In this document: in pieces, positions 44,001-52,885 of the stretch | How the letters are laid out: each line of letters begins with the position of its first letter | How positions within the stretch are numbered: position 1 is the stretch's first letter | Source: Alphaproteobacteria bacterium | GTDB lineage: Bacteria; Pseudomonadota; Alphaproteobacteria; GCA-2731375 | Direction: 5' to 3' | Length of the DNA stretch: 64,000 nt | Assembly: GCA_965232515.1 (NCBI GenBank) | Contig: CBDDPY010000002.1 | Location: forward strand, 4,416,001 to 4,480,000 | Made by a program: the position numbers and the translations under genes | Notes under the pieces: model-generated | Database searches by the model: none | Seen by the model: the letters and a program-made list of their open reading frames with translations, nothing else | Told to the model about the DNA's origin: nothing

Positions 44001-45017
44001 AAGCATCTTGGCGAACTCTCTGACCATGTGCGGCAGCAATTCCAGCATCACGGTTTGTCGCTGTCGCTCGGCCGAGAGTCCGCCAAGCGCGGCCGTCCTT
44101 GTCGACTGCATGACGGCTGCCCGCCATGATTGTCGCAGGCCCGAGAACGTCGGACCGAAATCCGGATACTGAATCTCTAGCTGGCGCAGGGCCTCGTACA
44201 GGATAGCGTGCGGTTGCTGTGGTGAGAGCTTCGTCCGGTCGAAATCAATGTAAGTGAACGGTAGCCGGCCCTCGTCGAGCGCCCGGGCATGGTCGAGTAT
44301 GAACCTGGCGATTAGGGTTGACTTGCCCATGCCGCCCGGGCCGAACAGCATGATAGGTGGCTTCTCGTGCAGGCTGAACACTTGGCGGAACGTCCTGGAG
44401 ATCAATTCCGTGACGGAACTGGTTTCCTGCACGCCCACGTAGTCGGCGAGACTGGCCAGTTCCTCGACCCGTCCCTTGAAGTTCTCCCCAGCAAGATCGT
44501 GAAACGGCTTAAGAAAATTGAGTATGGCGATGCGTTTCTTGATCACCTCCATTGCCGGCATGCCGTCGGTGCTCTCCGAAAACAACTGCCGAACGCTCCA
44601 CAACTCCGACAGCTGTCCGAGATCGTCGCTGTCGGTGGTCAACGCACCGTCGACGATATCCCCAATGGTCTTGCCGAGGGGATCGGCGCGGCTCGAGCCG
44701 ACGGAGTCGAGCGTATGCTGGATCTTGTCCACAGAGTCCAGCTGCTTCAGGACGCTCTTCCGCGTCGAAGGTCGCAGGCTCCAACGTTGCGTCTGCCCTT
44801 CGTAGACTGGTCGCGACAGATCCAGCAGCTCGTTCACCTCGCTCGGGTCGGCCGGACTAAGCTCATCAACCGAAAAGCTCGACAACACTGCCGCGCGCTC
44901 GAACATCGCGCTGAACTTCGGCTCGCCGTACTTGTTGGGCTCGAAGGCACGGCTCTCGCTCAGCTTCCTTGCAGCCGCCTGAAGGATCCTGCGACGATCG
45001 ATGCCAGCAGTACTCAT
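41055..45017 (-). CDS. STAND-type NTPase - helical/TPR region - EAD1 - inactive trypsin-like domain
   Basis: FKGRVEEL, GPGGMGKST, LLFLDTFE, IIAGR and SPLTL motifs; EAD1 (RAFSLDELRLL...QEGWLENLV..RP); trypsin fold with triad changed to Ala. Confidence 0.85.
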   Translation of the reverse strand: MSTAGIDRRRILQAAARKLSESRAFEPNKYGEPKFSAMFERAAVLSSFSVDELSPADPSEVNELLDLSRPVYEGQTQRWSLRPSTRKSVLKQLDSVDKIQHTLDSVGSSRADPLGKTIGDIVDGALTTDSDDLGQLSELWSVRQLFSESTDGMPAMEVIKKRIAILNFLKPFHDLAGENFKGRVEELASLADYVGVQETSSVTELISRTFRQVFSLHEKPPIMLFGPGGMGKSTLIARFILDHARALDEGRLPFTYIDFDRTKLSPQQPHAILYEALRQLEIQYPDFGPTFSGLRQSWRAAVMQSTRTAALGGLSAERQRQTVMLELLPHMVREFAKMLEANSLSERPYLLFLDTFEKARFSDRESISAFWRFVDSLQETHPYLRLIIAGRAPIGRNPDEDSYALAEFDLKTDKLELKGLKRKFAVEYLSDGGFPSDLAGRVARRMDEDDAGVSPLTLRVAVAVWKQRQEQGTAALDEQFWSELQAGRIQNQLITRYLDHIEDKDVQGVAGPALLLRVIDADIVSKVLAPSLDTGVLSDAAGLELFEKLRSAIDLFSANHEDAAEIYPRPEVRQALLDLMRDLDVDRLGEVLDQAIDYYTTASDHSDDQERPRLRAEEIYHRLARGDDEQSVRDRWNVAGIDQYLAGVEEELPLQSKALFLSLMGEDVPRELRRAASLATWESDARRRAKEEASPEKRLQILRERKDRSAGSWLYVDEAELLLKTGEPEEAGAVASRGLASLPSTAASGYRVALQLISAKVAYELGDYDEARGLLSQAQRIAVDREDVRKSLEIALLKFEWASELKDEKILSVNSDRLAEAVFVMSDEQLTTHADLVKRAIIGIGADEPRVVLAGIRGGVLEAVSEPGRRRLGRAMSEYDQKVSESQGEKPGVVARSVSISPQQSLNATWQGLFVGLMTLVPVVLNDAFSKFGLAHANKFLEVAVGELRKTQPRSKRAQTTEPMHTVRSWWSRAVGRGRRLTDISSIFVRAFSLDELRLLVFATGRSLESIVSLNNPPPVQVFGLLQMANQEGWLENLVDMAAQLRPSDGELLRIANELETGVVRYQQKELERMAQLSSMLSQEELQSKVAAVARQLCRIDVRGEPVATGLLVGPDLVFTSHAAIQHLSDFSRANDLEFVFDIRADGGTDRHTFKGQDYSFVDVSRHNDDDASDRWHLAYLLVRVDGHPGDEPVLEMETLPEFGASMELSRRHWFDLMGSLGQPRVYKQLLILHHSNGNPLHVTFASRGITEIDQAETRIFYNADTAPGLAGAPCFDADMNIVALHQGTERRRSFGTSIQAIVQSMRENGALDHVGVALA

Positions 45018-46141
45018 GCCCCGTCTCCCTGAATAACGGCTTGCGCCTTGCGCTCCAGGGCGTCGGCCAGCGCTTGCATCTGGCCGCCTTTTCCGGGATC
45101 TATGTTGCGCAAAAGCTCGTTCGCATCTTCCGCGATTCTGTCTACCTGTTCCTGTTCCCCCAAGCTCTCATACTTGGCCGCGTCGACTTGCAGCAGGAAC
45201 GCGCCGAGTTCATTGTAGAGCTCTACCGCATATTGGGGATCGGTTAGATCTTTTGTTTCGTCCTGATGCCTGCGCACGGCGTGGCCTTCGAAATCCTCGT
45301 CGTTGTAGTCGAGCAGCAACAGCCGGACGGCGGTCAGGTTGTTTCCAACCCTGTCTATCAGGTCGTCGATCAGCAGCCTGGCGCTATGAGCGACCGGCCC
45401 CTCGTTGAAACCGTCGATGATCACCCAGTAGATCCGCTCCGACCCGGACAGTGCACCCGTCAGCCATGAGCCCACATTCTTGGCCCAAGTCGACGCCTGC
45501 TCCTTCTGTTCCGAAAAGTCGGCCTGATACTTCTCTGGCAGTTCAATTTCTTGAATCTGGTTGACGATTTCGGTAATGACATGCCACCCATCTGTCAGCA
45601 TGGTGTTTGGTTCAGCCTTGCTTGGCGCAAGATCGACCCAGACCACGTCGAATACATCGGTGCCTTCCTGATCCCTGGCGCTCGCCACATGGTAGACGAG
45701 CTCTTTGCTGTAGGTCTTACCCGTACCGCTGCCCCCCGTGACGGTCAGAATGCGCCGACCGGGCTTATTGAAGTGATTGGCGATCGTGCGGAACTGCTTG
45801 CGGCCGAGGAACGGCAGCAGGCCTGGTAACAGGTAGTGCTCATGACACGGCGCCGCCATCCCCACATCATCGGGAGCCATCGAGTCGAGGATCGCCTTGA
45901 TGTCCTTGAATGACTGCTGGTTGGGCCTGTCTTCGAGCAGAACATCAATCAGATCCTCCAGCCACGCCTTCATAATGGCATCATCGACCACGAACTGCGC
46001 TACCTCCGGCATGGCTGTTTCCGGCACGATATTCCTCAACGTTCGTTCGATCTTGCGGAGTGTGCGACTCAAGTCCGAGTAAGTGTAATGGGCGGCAATG
46101 CCATCTATTAAAGTAACTTGCTCTCGACCAGTCAGTCTCAT
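45014..46141 (-). CDS. EAD1 plus truncated STAND-like P-loop protein
   Basis: N-terminal LTGREQ...KAWLEDLI..RP; PFLGR, GGSGTGKT and WVIIDGF motifs. Confidence 0.8.
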   Translation of the reverse strand: MRLTGREQVTLIDGIAAHYTYSDLSRTLRKIERTLRNIVPETAMPEVAQFVVDDAIMKAWLEDLIDVLLEDRPNQQSFKDIKAILDSMAPDDVGMAAPCHEHYLLPGLLPFLGRKQFRTIANHFNKPGRRILTVTGGSGTGKTYSKELVYHVASARDQEGTDVFDVVWVDLAPSKAEPNTMLTDGWHVITEIVNQIQEIELPEKYQADFSEQKEQASTWAKNVGSWLTGALSGSERIYWVIIDGFNEGPVAHSARLLIDDLIDRVGNNLTAVRLLLLDYNDEDFEGHAVRRHQDETKDLTDPQYAVELYNELGAFLLQVDAAKYESLGEQEQVDRIAEDANELLRNIDPGKGGQMQALADALERKAQAVIQGDGA

Positions 46142-46147
46142 GGCGGG

Positions 46148-47269
46148 TCACTCACAGGGCCGGTTCAGCAGGTCGAGTTTGCCGCGCTTCTGCAGTAGGG
46201 CCCGTATAGCCTTGAACGGAACGAACTGGTTGTAGATAGCTGCGCGGCCCAGATCGGGATCGGTACCGTTGTGCAGGCCGACTAGCTTCCACCGGATATC
46301 GAAGCACGGTGCGCCCGAGGATCCTCCCAGCGTCGCGGTTCGGTGTCTTACCCTAGTGTCGTTGGGGTTGCGTTCGATCACCGATTTCGTGCGGTGGGCG
46401 ACTTTCACGACGCCACCTGCTGGGTGCTGCACGATGGTAATCGGCGCATCCTCACCCGGAATCAGAGGATTCGCTTCCAGGTCTATCCAGCCGCGCCGGC
46501 TGTTGGCCGTCGCGGCCTCGTCGGTGCCCGCCTTGCTCTGCACCGGTAGGCATCCGACCGGCGTGTCCAGCCGTAGTAGTGCGTAGTCCAATTCCTCGTC
46601 ACTGGTCGCCGGCGCATTATCGCTCGCGATCAGGTCCCTGGCGCTGGAGGGCGCGTGATCGAGCAGCGGCTCGGCGGCGAGCTTATGTGTGACGCCCTCA
46701 TTCAGGGTGATGCCGTCCTCGTTCAGTTTGTAGTCGAACCTGACATTTACGTCGAAAAAAACGGCTGCCGTAGGGGGCTTGACGATCTTCTCGATCACGT
46801 GGAAGTTCGTCATGACGATATCCGGTCCCAACAAAAAACCGGTTCCGTTGACCGTGTTGCCGGAGTTCGTCTTGTAGTTAATTTGGCAAACCTTCTTTAT
46901 CAAACCGCCCACCACTGCCCAGTCGAGCAGGCTTCCTTCGTCCTTGTAGAAGCGCTCCAGCGCCTGTCGATCCTCGCTTTCCATGCTGAGGCCAAGTCCA
47001 AGGTCGGCAATCAGCTTCGCGAAGTTCGCGTAACCAGGGCGCGCCTCAGAGCAGGCCAGCACTAGATCGTCCAGCCAGCCGGTCATCTCGGCGTTTTCAA
47101 TGACGGCCTGCACCATGACCGACATCGCGTCCGACGAGGTTATCGTGTTGAGCCTCCTATCCAGGCGTCGTCGCAGCATTAACGAAAGGCTGTCCTCGGT
47201 GAACAGATCAACCAAGCCGTCGTGCAACAGTGTGAACTGCGGGCCTTTTAGCTGGACATAGGCAGTCAT
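46148..47269 (-). CDS. EAD1 plus trypsin-like serine protease (intact triad)
   Basis: EAD1 LKGPQF...AEMTGWLDDLV..RP; TNFHV, LDYALL, TLGGSSGAP and VGLH motifs. Confidence 0.88.
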   Translation of the reverse strand: MTAYVQLKGPQFTLLHDGLVDLFTEDSLSLMLRRRLDRRLNTITSSDAMSVMVQAVIENAEMTGWLDDLVLACSEARPGYANFAKLIADLGLGLSMESEDRQALERFYKDEGSLLDWAVVGGLIKKVCQINYKTNSGNTVNGTGFLLGPDIVMTNFHVIEKIVKPPTAAVFFDVNVRFDYKLNEDGITLNEGVTHKLAAEPLLDHAPSSARDLIASDNAPATSDEELDYALLRLDTPVGCLPVQSKAGTDEAATANSRRGWIDLEANPLIPGEDAPITIVQHPAGGVVKVAHRTKSVIERNPNDTRVRHRTATLGGSSGAPCFDIRWKLVGLHNGTDPDLGRAAIYNQFVPFKAIRALLQKRGKLDLLNRPCE

Positions 47270-47288
47270 CGGCAACCGCTCACCAAAA

Positions 47289-48380
47289 TCAATGCATCGC
47301 CAGCTGCTCGCGGATCTTCGCGACAACGTGCGCATAATTCTGCTGCCGCGAAACGCCGGCAAAGTGCATTCCTACGCAGACGTCGCCGGCACCCTCGAAT
47401 AGAAAAACAGTCGAGCCGGAGTTGCCGCCCAGCGTCGAGGCATCGTGGCTCATAATCCAAGCTTCGTCATCGCCCTCAAGCTCACCTGGACCGGCCTTAG
47501 TCTTGCCCGGCGCCCAACGCTTCCAACCAAATGTATTCGCGAAAATATCGGCCAACACGTCCCTGTCCTCGAACAGCGGCCGAGCTGGATACCCGATAAC
47601 ATAAACCTTGCGGTCCGCACCGATCGTTGATGACGGATCCGCAAGCGGGATGTTCGGGGGGAAGTTGTCATCGGTCTCGCACTGCAGCAGGGCCAAATCC
47701 AGGCGTTCGAAATTCACCTCGCCTCTAATCGGCATCGGCCCGGCGTAGAGCACCCGTGTAATTGTGTAGCCCGGCTCGATGTCGCGTTCAAACTCATGGC
47801 TGAAGTTGATCTCTACATCTGGGTGGATCGTCCAGCTCGTCGTGCCGGCTTGGCCCGGATGCTCGGCTCCGACCGCCTCGAGCACATGCCGGTTGGTCGC
47901 AATCACGCCAGGGGCAACTACAAAGCCTGTTCCGGAGAACTTTTGAGTGGCGGTCGGGTCATTGATCCTGCCGACCGATCGCGTCACCGAATTGATGCGC
48001 TCATGGTGCATCTGCGCATCGCCATGCCAAGTTCCTAGAACGGATCGTCGCAACGGAATCGAGTTGTCCTGAACGAATACGGCCGGCCTGGAACCATCGG
48101 TCAGTATGACTGCCTCGAGGCCCTTGACCTCGTCGTCGGATAGCGCGGACTCTGGACCTTCGCTGGACAGCCTCTGCATCCCGCTTCTGGCGTTCGCGAG
48201 CAGATGTTTTGCCCGATCGGCGTCGACCGCATCGGTTCCGACCGTTGTGATCGCTCGCTCGAGTGCTCCCAGGGAATCTGCAATTCGCTCGGCGCTCAAG
48301 TCCAGACCGTTGTTAGTGCTCTCGAGCGCGGCGTTGCTGTTTCCACCGAGCAGCTTCAGGTAATAGTCTGAAGTGTTCAT
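47289..48380 (-). CDS. Trypsin-like serine protease with N-terminal pro-region
   Basis: GTGF, TNRHV, LDLALL, STLGGNSGS and VGMHF motifs; start reset to MNTSDYY. Confidence 0.88.
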   Translation of the reverse strand: MNTSDYYLKLLGGNSNAALESTNNGLDLSAERIADSLGALERAITTVGTDAVDADRAKHLLANARSGMQRLSSEGPESALSDDEVKGLEAVILTDGSRPAVFVQDNSIPLRRSVLGTWHGDAQMHHERINSVTRSVGRINDPTATQKFSGTGFVVAPGVIATNRHVLEAVGAEHPGQAGTTSWTIHPDVEINFSHEFERDIEPGYTITRVLYAGPMPIRGEVNFERLDLALLQCETDDNFPPNIPLADPSSTIGADRKVYVIGYPARPLFEDRDVLADIFANTFGWKRWAPGKTKAGPGELEGDDEAWIMSHDASTLGGNSGSTVFLFEGAGDVCVGMHFAGVSRQQNYAHVVAKIREQLAMH

Positions 48381-48792
48381 AACATCAAAGTCTCTATCGA
48401 ACTTGGCTGCGGCGCGCTGGTCAAGAACGCATTGCAGGATGTATGGCCTTGAACCGCTCGACTGGCCCCAACTGGGGCCTCCGGCGGAATTTCGCTCCAC
48501 TGGGATTGGATCGAATGTCGCAACCTTCCCAGCAAGCGATTGGATGCAATAAGCACCTATTTGTCTCGAACCGGGCCTGGAAGGCTTTTTGCGCCGTTCC
48601 GAGCGGCAGCTTCGATAATGAACAACACCATCTCGGACGGCAACATCAGGCGCCGTGGCTGGAAAGACCAGGTCCTCAACTCCTCCTACTACCATCTGTC
48701 TTTGGTTTGAATAGAAAGTGATGCTAACATACTTAAAGAAGGTTGCATAACCTACGGAACTTATCTCAAAAGAAGAACGAATTGGGGCGAAG

Positions 48793-50346
48793 ATGCGCTA
48801 TTCGTCGCTCGCACTGGTTTTCGCCCTATTCTCGGGAGAGGTTTTCGCCTCGGACTCGCCTGCTCCGGAACTTAGTATCGTCAACGCCGGCAGCGGCGGC
48901 TTCTCGTTGAGCCGGTCGATCAGTCGTTTTGAACACGCATTTATCATCGAGTCGAAGAACAAGTCCGGCGTCGCTGACCTGCATATCGAAGTTCCTGACT
49001 TTGTGGGGCCGGACGGTGTGATCGCCGAGACCAAAGTCACGGTCGACGGGAAACCGCTGACGGCAAAGGACCGATTTTCCATCGAAGGGCTGAACGACCT
49101 ACGCTTGACAGTCTCCGCGGCGCTGACGCAGTCCGGCGGCTACGAGACGTCGATCACTCTCATTTATGGAGAGACGCGAAAATCGACACCCATCAAGGTA
49201 AGCCGTACGCGAAACCCACTCGACCTTGCCATCGAGAGCGCCGGCACCGCCGTCGGCAGCACGTGGACGATAAGACCTGCAAGCGTTGACCTTTGGCTAA
49301 CGGTCGTGGTGGGTGGCCGCACGGTCGTACTGGAGAAACCTGCTATTCGAAATCTGACTCGCAAGAGCGGCAGCGACGACTTGAGTGCAGATTTTGCAGG
49401 TCTGCGGTTTGCGCTGTCCGATCAATCCAGTCCCGTCTGGCCGATGGCACTGGATCCAGCTTCCGCGCAGAGCATCAGAGTAACGGTCGATGGCCTCACG
49501 TCGCCAGGCACATACCAGGGGACTCTAATCTTCCCGTCTCGAGATCATACAGCCGCCGAAGCATCATTCAGCTTGAATATCCGCCGGGCCTGGTTTGAAG
49601 CCGCCGCTGTCATTGCCTTCGGTTTGCTCGTTTCGCTCGGCTTGCGGCATTTGCAGGAGAACGTTCAGCCCAGGCTGCGCCAGCAGGTCGATGTACTGAA
49701 CCTCCTTGTGAGGCTCAGGCGCTCACTGGCGCAGGAGCGTCAGTTGACGAAGGAAGACCAGGACCTGATAACCGCCGTGGAAGATCGACTCTCCCAACTC
49801 TATGCCGACCTGCGCGTCACCGGTATCGAGCAAGCCGATGACATCGTCGACGAGATTGCGGCGAAGCTGCCGCTCATCCCCACATGGATCAACATCAATG
49901 TCGAAATCCGCACGCTGCCGGAGGAAAAGCGTCGACCTCTGCATAAGGAGTTGATGGAGATCGGACAGGTCATCTCGGAGGAGGGCACAAGCACGGACCA
50001 GATCAAGTCCGCATCTGCTCAGTTGAATAGCCTAAAGGCGAAGGTTGCCGCTGCCGCTAAGCAATCGGCCGCAGAATCGGTGGGCGATCTGCCAATGGAG
50101 CAGATCGAACTGGAGAAGCTCTCCGCCCTCGCCCGGGTCAAACGCAGCGAAATCACATTCAACCTTGCGATACTGGGCATTGCGATCGTATTGGGCCTGT
50201 ATCTGCTCTGGTCGTCGAACTCGACCTGGGGGACGCCAGGGGACCTGTTCGTCGCGTTCCTCTGGGGTCTTGGCTTGCATACAATAACCGCAAAACAGAA
50301 GTTCGAAGGCCTAGGAGATCTCGCTGGCCGCTTTAGCAAGCCCTGA
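48793..50346 (+). CDS. Membrane protein: signal peptide, beta-rich ectodomain, TM, helical bundle, C-terminal TM pair
   Basis: Hydropathy pattern read from the translation. Confidence 0.8.
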   Translation: MRYSSLALVFALFSGEVFASDSPAPELSIVNAGSGGFSLSRSISRFEHAFIIESKNKSGVADLHIEVPDFVGPDGVIAETKVTVDGKPLTAKDRFSIEGLNDLRLTVSAALTQSGGYETSITLIYGETRKSTPIKVSRTRNPLDLAIESAGTAVGSTWTIRPASVDLWLTVVVGGRTVVLEKPAIRNLTRKSGSDDLSADFAGLRFALSDQSSPVWPMALDPASAQSIRVTVDGLTSPGTYQGTLIFPSRDHTAAEASFSLNIRRAWFEAAAVIAFGLLVSLGLRHLQENVQPRLRQQVDVLNLLVRLRRSLAQERQLTKEDQDLITAVEDRLSQLYADLRVTGIEQADDIVDEIAAKLPLIPTWININVEIRTLPEEKRRPLHKELMEIGQVISEEGTSTDQIKSASAQLNSLKAKVAAAAKQSAAESVGDLPMEQIELEKLSALARVKRSEITFNLAILGIAIVLGLYLLWSSNSTWGTPGDLFVAFLWGLGLHTITAKQKFEGLGDLAGRFSKP

Positions 50347-50667
50347 CTGCCCAAAAAAACCGAGCGCTGCATCATGCCGGACGCAATGCCCGATGCTGCC
50401 AGAATGGACCAGCACGCGCTGTATTCGGACGCCTCCTGTGCACGGCGCAGACTGAAAGATATCCCAAATCGGCGACGAGCACGATTCGCTATCCAAATCG
50501 AGTTAGGGATCCTCCATAATTAGGCCCGGTGAAGCTATTATTTGCATACGATTCAGGCTCATCTAAGGAGGCCAGCACTCGATAAATGCCTCTTTGCCCT
50601 GGCCTGTGCTGCAGACAAGCTGCCACGCGGATCAGCTGTACTTGCGCGAAAAACCCGCATACTGAGG

Positions 50668-50940
50668 CTATAGAGCCGAAGTCACCTTCAGAACGACTAC
50701 ATCACCCAGATCGTCACCAGAGGTGTCGATCTCCATTTGTCCATAGCGTTCCCCTTCGGCATTTGCACCAATCACGAATTTGCCCTCGGGCAGGCACAGT
50801 TGCACAAATCCACCACTGTCAGCGGCAAGAGCGATCTCGGGGAAGGCGACGCTGCTACGCACGACCGAGACGAAGGCACCCTCCATGGGCACCCCCATCT
50901 CATTCACAATTCGGAAAAGGACAAGCTTTCCATTACTCAT
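50668..50940 (-). CDS. Small carboxypeptidase-regulatory-like (transthyretin-fold) protein
   Basis: IVNEMGVPMEGAFV...ADSGGF..LPEGKF pattern; 4-nt overlap with the protease gene. Confidence 0.75.
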   Translation of the reverse strand: MSNGKLVLFRIVNEMGVPMEGAFVSVVRSSVAFPEIALAADSGGFVQLCLPEGKFVIGANAEGERYGQMEIDTSGDDLGDVVVLKVTSAL

Positions 50941-51866
50941 CCGTGGTTGTTAGCTGTGTTGTCCGTGCTGATCCAGTCGGTAATTTGATCAAACACCTCC
51001 GGAATAATTCTCGGCGCGGAGTTTGCTGTTATGCCAAGGCTGAATGGTGTGCCGCCCGTCCCGTAGGCGTGGATAGCGACCACTACTGGCGGACCGTCTG
51101 TCTTCTCATGAATCCAAACCGGAGCCCCCGACTGCCCGCCAAATGTGTCGATGTCGTAAAAGACACGCCGCTCCGTGACATGCAAGACCCGATTGGCATG
51201 GAAGTATTGCTGACGACCGCCGCCGCGGTCGGCTGGATAGCCGCTGATATTGACCAGATGACTCTCCAGGTCCGACGGTGGAATGGTAGCGAAGCCGAAA
51301 AACCCGGTTTGCTCGCCTAGGGGTTCGTCTAGATGAATGCAGCCAATATCGAAATCTGGATCGGCGTCATTGACCCAACGATCGAGCGAAGAGAAGCGTG
51401 TGGCCACTGCCGTAGCGAAGGGAAAATCATCCTCGTCGCGTCCCGCACTGATTTCGATACGCTCGGCCCAACCGCCAAAAAAACCCTGGTGGTGTACGCA
51501 ATGGCCGGCCGTAACAATGGTTTGAGGTCCGGCCATCCAACCTGTGCCGATTGCACCCCCACCTCCAGGACCTATCAAACGCAGCGCACAGATCATTCGC
51601 CATGGATGCAGTTCGGTTTCCAACACGCGTTGGCGATCATCTAAGCCAATGACGCTCTCGAGTGCGCCGCCGCCAGGCGCAAAGCGGGGCTCGATTCGGC
51701 TTTCGCTTTTGCCGACGCGACGAAAAGCTCGCAGGGCGCGGGAATCGCCCTGCGGGGCCGACCCGGATTCACCAGCGTGGTCCTTTCGATCAGATGCTGC
51801 CGTGGCCGTTACGCTTTCTAGCGCCGCTTCGGCTACCGGCTTATGGACAGTATTCAATTTCACCAT
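50937..51866 (-). CDS. V8/glutamyl endopeptidase-like serine protease
   Basis: LESVIGLDDR, TAGHCV, DFDIG, DTFGGQSGAP and AIH motifs; GGAGG RBS; no signal peptide. Confidence 0.92.
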   Translation of the reverse strand: MVKLNTVHKPVAEAALESVTATAASDRKDHAGESGSAPQGDSRALRAFRRVGKSESRIEPRFAPGGGALESVIGLDDRQRVLETELHPWRMICALRLIGPGGGGAIGTGWMAGPQTIVTAGHCVHHQGFFGGWAERIEISAGRDEDDFPFATAVATRFSSLDRWVNDADPDFDIGCIHLDEPLGEQTGFFGFATIPPSDLESHLVNISGYPADRGGGRQQYFHANRVLHVTERRVFYDIDTFGGQSGAPVWIHEKTDGPPVVVAIHAYGTGGTPFSLGITANSAPRIIPEVFDQITDWISTDNTANNHG

Positions 51867-51961
51867 AGGACTCTCCTCCATTCTGCGGTTTCATGGAAGC
51901 ATGGGGATGATCTTATTGGCGTAAGCTCGGGATCCGATGCTTTCGGAACTGCTGTCCACAA

Positions 51962-52885
51962 CTAAGATGTGACATTGTCGATCGCCGCCGCAAATAGTCC
52001 GCTGATGGTGGCGTAGCCAGCATCTGTCGGATGCAGTTCGTCGTACCACTCGTCGTCGGGAACCGCGCCGCGACAATCGATGTAAATGACCTTCTCTGGA
52101 AACTCCGCGGCAAGATCGGCAAGCGCCAAGTTTAAGCGATCGACAATGACTCGGATAATGTCGCGCTGCAGTGCACTGTCCTTGATCCCAAGTTCCTCCA
52201 TCGGAGCCCCAAGCCAGCGGCCCGAATCGGGGATGGCGTGGTCATAGCCCTGGCACAGAGCCTTGAGCGCCGGAAACGGTTCCGTTACGCGGCGAAACAA
52301 TTCGCGATAGAGTTGAACGATTCCCGTCAAGAACGGCGCAAAGTTCTCGTTCAGATATGCCTCTGCAGGGCGGTCCGGCTCGAAGGAGCGCAGATAGGTC
52401 TTGAGGTTGCCGCCACCGAGAAGGTCGTTTCCACCGCCGCTTATCAAGAACAGCTCTGCCTGTTCGCGTTCGATGGACCGCACCATCTCCCTCTGCTGCA
52501 ACATGTCCTGCAGCAGATCGCCGGCCGCGCCGAGGCTGAATATGGCGTAGCGTTCGAAGAGATGATCGACCACATCGTCAAGTAAGAGTGGAAATTGGAA
52601 CCAGGAATCGCCTTCGGACACGATCCTCAGTAGAGACTGGTCCTCTTGGATGCGCCGGCGATACCGAATCTGCCGCCGCCAGCGGGAAATCCCATTGAGC
52701 GATCCGAGCAGGAGGGCCGCCTCCTCGGGCCCTTCCTTCACCGCTTCGCGCCTTACGATGATTTGCGGCGCGAACGCGCGAGACTCGCCTTCGTTGACCT
52801 CAACAAAGGGCCGGAGATTCTTCTCTGGCACAGCCGGATCGAGAAGCATTCTCTCCAGTTCCCTGACTGAAATCTTTTCTGTCAT
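51962..52885 (-). CDS. SGNH/GDSL hydrolase
   Basis: EGDSWF, SGGGND and DELHPT motifs. Confidence 0.88.
   Translation of the reverse strand: MTEKISVRELERMLLDPAVPEKNLRPFVEVNEGESRAFAPQIIVRREAVKEGPEEAALLLGSLNGISRWRRQIRYRRRIQEDQSLLRIVSEGDSWFQFPLLLDDVVDHLFERYAIFSLGAAGDLLQDMLQQREMVRSIEREQAELFLISGGGNDLLGGGNLKTYLRSFEPDRPAEAYLNENFAPFLTGIVQLYRELFRRVTEPFPALKALCQGYDHAIPDSGRWLGAPMEELGIKDSALQRDIIRVIVDRLNLALADLAAEFPEKVIYIDCRGAVPDDEWYDELHPTDAGYATISGLFAAAIDNVTS

Noticed and set aside
41055-45017. Calling the NTPase a standard Avs1 (AVAST) protease-STAND
   Set aside because: Avs1 has an N-terminal active protease and a metallo-beta-lactamase partner; here the protease domain is C-terminal, inactive and preceded by EAD1.
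48381-48695. 105-aa N-terminal extension of the trypsin ORF, and similar extensions on both recombinases, the EEP nuclease, nth and map
   Set aside because: These come from first-start calling; domain boundaries and RBS positions point to downstream ATGs.
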